Shown here in pieces: positions 56,274 through 60,901 of a stretch of 64,000 nucleotides of DNA. Source of the DNA: a virus; IMG/VR virus record IMGVR_UViG_3300017769_000001, positions 1-64,000 of that record; one strand, written 5' to 3'. A program made the translations under genes and the position numbers. Position 1 is the stretch's first letter. Every line of letters starts with the position of its first letter. Below the pieces are notes generated by a model. It ran no database searches, was not told the origin of the DNA, and saw only the letters and a program-made list of their open reading frames with translations.

Positions 56274-56353
56274 TGGCACCCCCGGTAGGAATCGAACCCA
56301 CATGTGTCCAGTTAGCCTTTCTACTGGTTCGTAGCCAGAGGGCATACAGGGGT
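56274..56353 (-). tRNA. tRNA-Arg(ACG)-like, lacking a D arm
   Basis: acceptor ACCCCTG/CGGGGGT, CTGG-CTACGAA-CCAG, T arm, GCCA end. Confidence 0.7.
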
Positions 56354-56359
56354 ATTAAA

Positions 56360-56435
56360 TGGTGGAACGACAGGGACTCGAACCCTGAACCTGAGCCTTG
56401 CAAAGACCCTGCTCTCCCAGTTGAGCTATCATCCC
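56360..56435 (-). tRNA. tRNA-Ala(TGC)
   Basis: cloverleaf with G3:U70, CCA end. Confidence 0.93.
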
Positions 56436-56539
56436 GAGTATACATTGATCCTGCCTCTATGGCAATCCAAGCGATTCGTATAGGTCAGTGCCAACCAACC
56501 ACAACACACGCCCAGTAAAGGCAGGATCAATGTATACTT
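56436..56539 (-). ncRNA. RNA with 21-bp closing stem
   Basis: AAGTATACATTGATCCTGCCT/AGGCAGGATCAATGTATACTC inverted repeat filling the inter-tRNA gap. Confidence 0.5.
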
Positions 56540-56543
56540 AAAT

Positions 56544-56642
56544 TGGCGGAAGGACAGGGATTCGAACCCTGACGTCTACTCACGTAAACCCTCGGTTTTC
56601 AAGACCGCTGCCGCTACCCAGACTCTTTCGGCTTACCCTTCC
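56544..56642 (-). tRNA. tRNA-Ser(TGA), enlarged D loop
   Basis: CT-TGA-AA loop, long variable arm, G73, CCA end. Confidence 0.88.
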
Positions 56643-56651
56643 AAAATTAAA

Positions 56652-56757
56652 TGCAGGTTGGTGTCTCAAACCAAGAAATCCCGAACCCTGAACTGAGACA
56701 TTGGCAGTCTGTCGCGAATCGACACTTCCGCTCAGTTCTTTGAGGATTTTACCTGCA
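56652..56757 (-). ncRNA. multibranch closed-stem RNA
   Basis: TGCAGGT/ACCTGCA ends; TGTCG/CGACA and TGTCTCA/TGAGACA arms. Confidence 0.45.
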
Positions 56758-56760
56758 ATG

Positions 56761-56832
56761 TGGCACTCTGTCAAGGATTCGAACCCTGCACGGCGAAGTT
56801 TGGAGCCTCGCCTGCCCCCAAGAGCCCAGAGC
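56761..56832 (-). tRNA. tRNA-Trp(CCA), atypical geometry
   Basis: GGCGAGG-CTCCAAA-CTTCGCC, T arm, GCCA end. Confidence 0.78.
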
Positions 56833-56838
56833 ATAAAT

Positions 56839-56914
56839 TGGCTGGCGAAACAGGGCTCGAACCTGTGACCGTCTCCTTAACAGGGAGCTGCTCTACCAAC
56901 TGAGCTACACGCCA
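56839..56914 (-). tRNA. tRNA-Asn(GTT)
   Basis: cloverleaf, G73, CCA end. Confidence 0.9.
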
Positions 56915-56925
56915 ATAAACTTACC

Positions 56926-57038
56926 TTTGAATAGAGATCTGATCGGACTTGGGTATCTAATCGACTCCGACCCCTCAAGTCTTCAACTCGATATTGGTCA
57001 GATCCCTAATCAAAACCCATCAGTTTACGCCTGATGGG
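56926..57038 (-). ncRNA. long irregular hairpin plus short hairpin
   Basis: TTTGATTAGGGATCTGA/TCAGATCTCTATTCAAA, inner GACTTG/CAAGTC; CCCATCAG/CTGATGGG. Confidence 0.45.
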
Positions 57039-57045
57039 ACGCGTT

Positions 57046-57121
57046 TGGTGGAACCGGCTGGGATCGAACCAGCGACCACAAGATCTTCAATCAAGCACTC
57101 TACCAGCTGAGTTACAGTTCC
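57046..57121 (-). tRNA. tRNA-Phe(GAA)
   Basis: cloverleaf, two U:U mismatches in the anticodon stem, CCA end. Confidence 0.85.
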
Positions 57122-57125
57122 ATGA

Positions 57126-57200
57126 TGGTATCCCTTACCGGATTCGAACCGGTGTTACCGCCTTGAAAGGGCAGCGTCCTAACCGCTAGACGAAAGGGAC
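57126..57200 (-). tRNA. tRNA-Glu(TTC)
   Basis: cloverleaf, CCA end. Confidence 0.93.
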
Positions 57201-57205
57201 ATAAT

Positions 57206-57282
57206 TGGCGACTCCTACCGGGATCGAACCGGTGACCTTCCGCGTGACAGGCGGGTGCTCTAACCATCTGAGCTAAGGAGCC
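57206..57282 (-). tRNA. tRNA-Asp(GTC)
   Basis: cloverleaf, G73, CCA end. Confidence 0.93.
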
Positions 57283-57306
57283 ATTGTATAGTGATAGAAG
57301 TTTGAA

Positions 57307-57335
57307 ATTCTACCATGATCCTATACAAAGATCAA
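57307..57335 (-). promoter_or_regulatory. possible internal sigma70-type promoter
   Basis: TTGATC-17-TAGAAT with extended -10 TG. Confidence 0.5.
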
Positions 57336-57351
57336 ACTTAATTTCTTATTT

Positions 57352-57440
57352 TGGCGGTGAGTGTAGGACTCGAACCTACGCACCCCTTTCGGGATGTACG
57401 ACTTAGCAGGCCGCTGCATTACCAACTCTGCCAACTCACC
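57352..57440 (-). tRNA. tRNA-Ser(GCT)
   Basis: cloverleaf with long variable arm, CCA end. Confidence 0.93.
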
Positions 57441-57446
57441 TAAAAA

Positions 57447-57523
57447 TGGTACGGGAGGTGAGACTCGAACTCACAAACTTCGGAACCTAAATCCGACGGC
57501 TATGCCAATTCGCCTACTCCCGC
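57447..57523 (-). tRNA. tRNA-Leu(TAG), short variable loop
   Basis: TCGGA-TTTAGGT-TCCGA, CCA end. Confidence 0.9.
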
Positions 57524-57524
57524 A

Positions 57525-57600
57525 TGGTTGTGGGTGCTGGACTCGAACCAGCGACCTATAGGATATGAACCTACTGCTCTACCAACTGAGCTAACCCACA
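57525..57600 (-). tRNA. tRNA-CAT (Met or Ile2)
   Basis: cloverleaf, TT-CAT-AT loop, CCA end. Confidence 0.88.
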
Positions 57601-57614
57601 AAACTTTCCAACAA

Positions 57615-57625
57615 TGTTAAAGAAC
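57615..57625 (-). promoter_or_regulatory. rrn-type boxA antitermination element
   Basis: GTTCTTTAACA versus boxA consensus GCTCTTTAACA. Confidence 0.6.
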
Positions 57626-57646
57626 GCGACACTAATGGTCAAAAAT

Positions 57647-57721
57647 TGGAGCGGGTAATCGGTCTCGAACCGATCCACGGAGGGTGGAAGCCTCCCGCTC
57701 TACCAACTGAGCTATACCCGC
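57647..57721 (-). tRNA. tRNA-Gly(TCC)
   Basis: cloverleaf, U73, CCA end. Confidence 0.92.
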
Positions 57722-57740
57722 AAAACTTTTTCAACTTCCT

Positions 57741-57818
57741 AAAACGAGAAAACCCTTCTTGTTTGAAGGGCTTTCAGAAAACTTACGTGTGTTTACTCTA
57801 CGTACGCTAGAAGCCCTT
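57741..57818 (-). promoter_or_regulatory. transcription attenuator (mutually exclusive antiterminator and terminator)
   Basis: AAGCCCTT can pair with upstream AAGGGCTT or with downstream AAGGGTTT, which is followed by TCTCGTTTT. Confidence 0.65.
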
Positions 57819-57923
57819 AATCTCTACCTCGCGATCACTCCAAATATTAAAGCCGAGCGACATCGCGGGATTATGATATCCCTTTGCCGGTTGTGCTTTT
57901 GTGTTGGAGTTCATAGTAAACAT
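57807..57923 (-). CDS. leader peptide of the tRNA array (38 aa, absent from the ORF track)
   Basis: MFTMNSNTKAQPAKGYHNPAMSLGFNIWSDREVEIKGF; last codons form the antiterminator 5' strand. Confidence 0.6.
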   Translation of the reverse strand: MFTMNSNTKAQPAKGYHNPAMSLGFNIWSDREVEIKGF

Positions 57924-57992
57924 ACTTAAATTCTCTGAGTATTCCCTTAGTTAGTGTTGAAAAACTATCAAAATTTAGACCTACTGAAAAAT

Positions 57993-58080
57993 TTTAGATA
58001 CCTCTGACTAGGAGTCGAACCTAGATCGAAAACGCGAAGCGAATTCCGGCATACCGTTAACCGCACCAAAGGCATCTAAA
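57993..58080 (-). ncRNA. tRNA-like RNA without a normal anticodon loop
   Basis: 14-bp closing stem, D-like arm, T arm CTAGG-TTCGACT-CCTAG. Confidence 0.55.
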
Positions 58081-58085
58081 ATTTT

Positions 58086-58243
58086 ACCTGAATGAAGGAC
58101 TCGAACCTCCATATCTACATTACGTTGCACTGTCAGTAGAAAGGTAGCTTTCGCCATGAGTGCAGAGTCGCTTATTAGTATTACACGACCCATTCATATC
58201 GGCTTAGGCCACACCCCCGTATACCAGTTCCGGCAATTCAGGT
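58086..58243 (-). ncRNA. 158-nt tRNA-like RNA with expanded centre
   Basis: ACCTGAAT/ATTCAGGT acceptor, Leu-type D arm GCCGGAACTGGTATACGG, T arm GGAGG-TTCGAGT-CCTTC. Confidence 0.6.
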
Positions 58244-58244
58244 G

Positions 58245-59131
58245 TTGGGTTTCGCATTCAACGTAACGTACAAGTAGCCGGTATTACTCGTTACTATCAA
58301 ATGCAGCTCGTTCCTATTGTACTACTTTCTTGGTAATCCACCCACAGCTTCCCAAGTTTCTTTGCTCCCCGGCCTTTTCACGCTCCGCTTTCACGGCTAC
58401 GGTCGAATCTCCGGTTTAGATCCCAATCCAACCCTTTCCGGGTTTGGCTCTAAGGGATCGTTCTGCCTATTCTCTCTATTTAGATAGCCACAATTGGCTC
58501 TGTCATCTATGAATGGAGACATCAGGCTTCGCTCCAATTTTATGGTGACGGGTTCTTCCTGCCTAAACCGTGTGATTAGCACGTTCACCATCTTCGTTAG
58601 ATCCGCCTCTCAAGGTCGCAGACCAGTAACCAAACACGCTACTCTAATAGGCTTCAATCATCCGGATGGCCGTCCGTCGATTTTCCACCTGTCTGAGCCG
58701 AACATACCCCGATATGCCAACCCAGACCCCTTTCGGGATGAAACGACCCTTTCAGGCCGATCCATTAAACGCTTTCGAGTATACGCTTGTAACGAGTATT
58801 CGGGGATCACAATATTCATCCCTACGATGATAGCATGATCGAATGTTAGTCATACTTCCCAGAACCGTTACCTTAACTGGGTAAGGAAGTCCAGAAACCA
58901 ACTTGGCGGTTGGCTCTTAAACACCCTTTATACTGGATCGGCTTTGTGCGCCAACACAACTACCAATCCGACACCGTTGTTGGGAGTAACTCAGCCAACG
59001 ACTTCTAACCTCCCTAGTGCCCTCACTATAAACAACCGCCTAAGCAATCATTTATGAAGCCCGTATGTAAGACTCCAATTTTACCTCCGGTGATCTCGGA
59101 GGGTTTCACCGCCGGGTTCCCCCGACTGCGT
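58245..59131 (-). ncRNA. candidate giant structured ncRNA (GOLLD/ROOL-like size and context)
   Basis: ~890 nt with no credible gene, own sigma70 promoter, many GAAA-capped hairpins, abuts the tRNA array. Confidence 0.6.
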
Positions 59132-59136
59132 AATCT

Positions 59137-59165
59137 ATTCTATTAAAGGCTCACTCCATTGTCAA
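59137..59165 (-). promoter_or_regulatory. sigma70-type promoter, proximal
   Basis: TTGACA-17-TAGAAT with upstream A tracts. Confidence 0.8.
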
Positions 59166-59247
59166 CACCTTTTTCGAATTTTTTCGTTGATTCGATTCAG
59201 AAGACTTATGCCATGCCTTGTCTGCTTCCTAAGATCAACGTTTGAAA

Positions 59248-59277
59248 ATTATAAGCTCTAGTTAGTGTTCGTGTCAA
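59248..59277 (-). promoter_or_regulatory. sigma70-type promoter, distal
   Basis: TTGACA-18-TATAAT with upstream A/T tracts. Confidence 0.75.
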
Positions 59278-59304
59278 CCAAAATTTGAAGAAAATTTGAA
59301 AATT

Positions 59305-59637
59305 TTACGATCCCATTCGGATTGCACACTGAACAAGAAGATCTATCACATCCTTAATATCAAAGGCGAACGATATGTCGGATGCTCCGAAGTTCTTCTC
59401 AGTGAACTCAAACAGCTTCTCAGTTCTTCGCTCTACAACGAGACTCCCATTGGTCACACTCTTTCCGACGTCCAATGAAAGAACCCTGCCAATAAAGGCT
59501 GCAATTCTTGTTTCTGGCGTTACTTCTGAGATTAATGCAGACTCATGATATATACTAGCGATACGAGTTCCATTGAATCTGTCAACAACAGAAACCCAGC
59601 TACCACGCAGAACCAGTCTGTTGTTACTCATAACCAA
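59305..59637 (-). CDS. hypothetical protein
   Basis: coupled ORF, ends AIRMGS. Confidence 0.6.
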   Translation of the reverse strand: MVMSNNRLVLRGSWVSVVDRFNGTRIASIYHESALISEVTPETRIAAFIGRVLSLDVGKSVTNGSLVVERRTEKLFEFTEKNFGASDISFAFDIKDVIDLLVQCAIRMGS

Positions 59638-59977
59638 TCTCGTCCAGACAATCTTCGATCATCTTGCATATAGCATCGGTATCAGGATCCGGATCTCTCA
59701 GCCGTTCTACGACTTCCTTAACCGTAGCAACCAACTGATGGTGGTTGTTTGCAGCCCTTACAATGTACTCCAGACGCTCCTGACGATTGTTGTAGATGTC
59801 GTCAAATCCGATTGCTTCTGGTACGATACAAACAACATTCCCATTCGAGTCCTTTATACTGGATGACGTTGTTCCGTATTCATCATCACAACAAAGGGTA
59901 TACGGTTCGTTTCCGATGTACTTTCCGCATTGTTTAAACATCCATGGAAGGCCGAGAATCTCTTCACTTTCGCTCAT
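59624..59977 (-). CDS. hypothetical protein
   Basis: GAGG RBS; PW...IV.A.N.H..LV motif. Confidence 0.65.
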   Translation of the reverse strand: MSESEEILGLPWMFKQCGKYIGNEPYTLCCDDEYGTTSSSIKDSNGNVVCIVPEAIGFDDIYNNRQERLEYIVRAANNHHQLVATVKEVVERLRDPDPDTDAICKMIEDCLDEIGYE

Positions 59978-60146
59978 TCTGATTACCCTCAGTCTTGATT
60001 TTCAACAGCTGGTCTTCGAGATTCCATTCACGCTCGCTAACCAACTCTTCAGATAGCTTGATTTTGGCTATCAGTTTTCTCGCGACCACATCGTCGTCAA
60101 CTTCATCCATGACCATCTTACGAATTTCATCGAAGCTCTGCTTCAT
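59964..60146 (-). CDS. hypothetical coiled-coil protein
   Basis: GAGG RBS, 60 aa. Confidence 0.55.
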   Translation of the reverse strand: MKQSFDEIRKMVMDEVDDDVVARKLIAKIKLSEELVSEREWNLEDQLLKIKTEGNQNERK

Positions 60147-60184
60147 GATTGTTTCGATGCCTCAATTGCGTTTTAGATTTCAAG

Positions 60185-60303
60185 TTAACCGGCACATTCG
60201 GGATCGAACCGGGACACCATCGAATGATTGTCGCTACTCAGTTAAGATGCTACCTCGTCTCCCTTGCAGAGTCAACAGCACATCAAAGCCAGTGGCCGGT
60301 TAA
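60185..60303 (-). ncRNA. closed-stem RNA with T-arm motif
   Basis: TTAACCGGC/GCCGGTTAA ends; CGG-TTCGATC-CCG. Confidence 0.5.
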
Positions 60304-60305
60304 TA

Positions 60306-60432
60306 TGGCGTGTGATGGAAGGAGTCGAACCTTCGAACTAGCCACCCTCCACGAGAAGTCGTCCGCGCTTATGTCATAGTAGTCGAACCTACCCTTCTAC
60401 TACCGAGAAGCTCGGCGTGGAGATCATCACAC
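60306..60432 (-). ncRNA. 127-nt tRNA-like RNA with encoded CCA
   Basis: 8-bp acceptor GTGTGATG/CATCACAC, GCCA end, T arm GAAGG-TTCGACT-CCTTC. Confidence 0.65.
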
Positions 60433-60500
60433 TGCAAAGGAGTCTCGTAAAACCCCTTTACAGTGTGATCCCGGAATTATCCGGGATACACTGACTGGCT

Positions 60501-60890
60501 TTAGTCTCCCTTGCGGAGTTTAACCAGCTCTTCGATTGGCATGTTGCGCAGTTCCTCGTTTTGCTTCTCAGCAATGATCTGGTCGATCAGCTGGTTCTTC
60601 TGACGAGTTTCCGCTGCTTTCAGACGGGAAGCTTCCTGATCCTTACGAATTCGGATCACTTCCTTTACGACATCCATCTTCAGGTTCAGAGTGCTGTCTG
60701 TTGATGGGGTGTCGTCGACGAAAGAAATCTCCCCGGATTCTTTGATCTCAGAATACAGATCAGAAGCAACACTCTGAAGAGAAGTCTTACCCTTCATCGG
60801 AATGTCGAACAGGTCTTCGGTAGTCAGAAGTCCTTTCTGAGTTGCGAAGCGGATCTTCTTCTGTGCTGCTTTCAGGAAAATGTCACTCAT
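60501..60890 (-). CDS. hypothetical protein
   Basis: AAGGAG RBS; RF.T.KG.L..EDL.D.P motif and coiled coil. Confidence 0.75.
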   Translation of the reverse strand: MSDIFLKAAQKKIRFATQKGLLTTEDLFDIPMKGKTSLQSVASDLYSEIKESGEISFVDDTPSTDSTLNLKMDVVKEVIRIRKDQEASRLKAAETRQKNQLIDQIIAEKQNEELRNMPIEELVKLRKGD

Positions 60891-60901
60891 TTTATTGCTC
60901 C

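Noticed and set aside
58340-58410. AGCCGTGAAAGCGG segment resembling group II intron domain V
   Set aside because: The full domain V hairpin and a domain VI are not evident, no host gene is interrupted and there is no maturase; left to cmscan
53036-58838. Short ORFs overlapping tRNAs and structured RNAs (e.g. 53036, 54148, 54387, 56260, 56580, 58008, 58397, 58494)
   Set aside because: They translate tRNA or hairpin sequence and lack RBSs
52829-60432. Suppressor or selenocysteine tRNA, or genetic-code reassignment
   Set aside because: No CTA, TTA or TCA anticodon found; all three stop codons terminate conserved genes normally
52700-60500. CRISPR-like periodicity from recurring GGTTCGA / TCGAACC
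   Set aside because: These are T loops of tRNAs and tRNA mimics, not identical direct repeats with spacers
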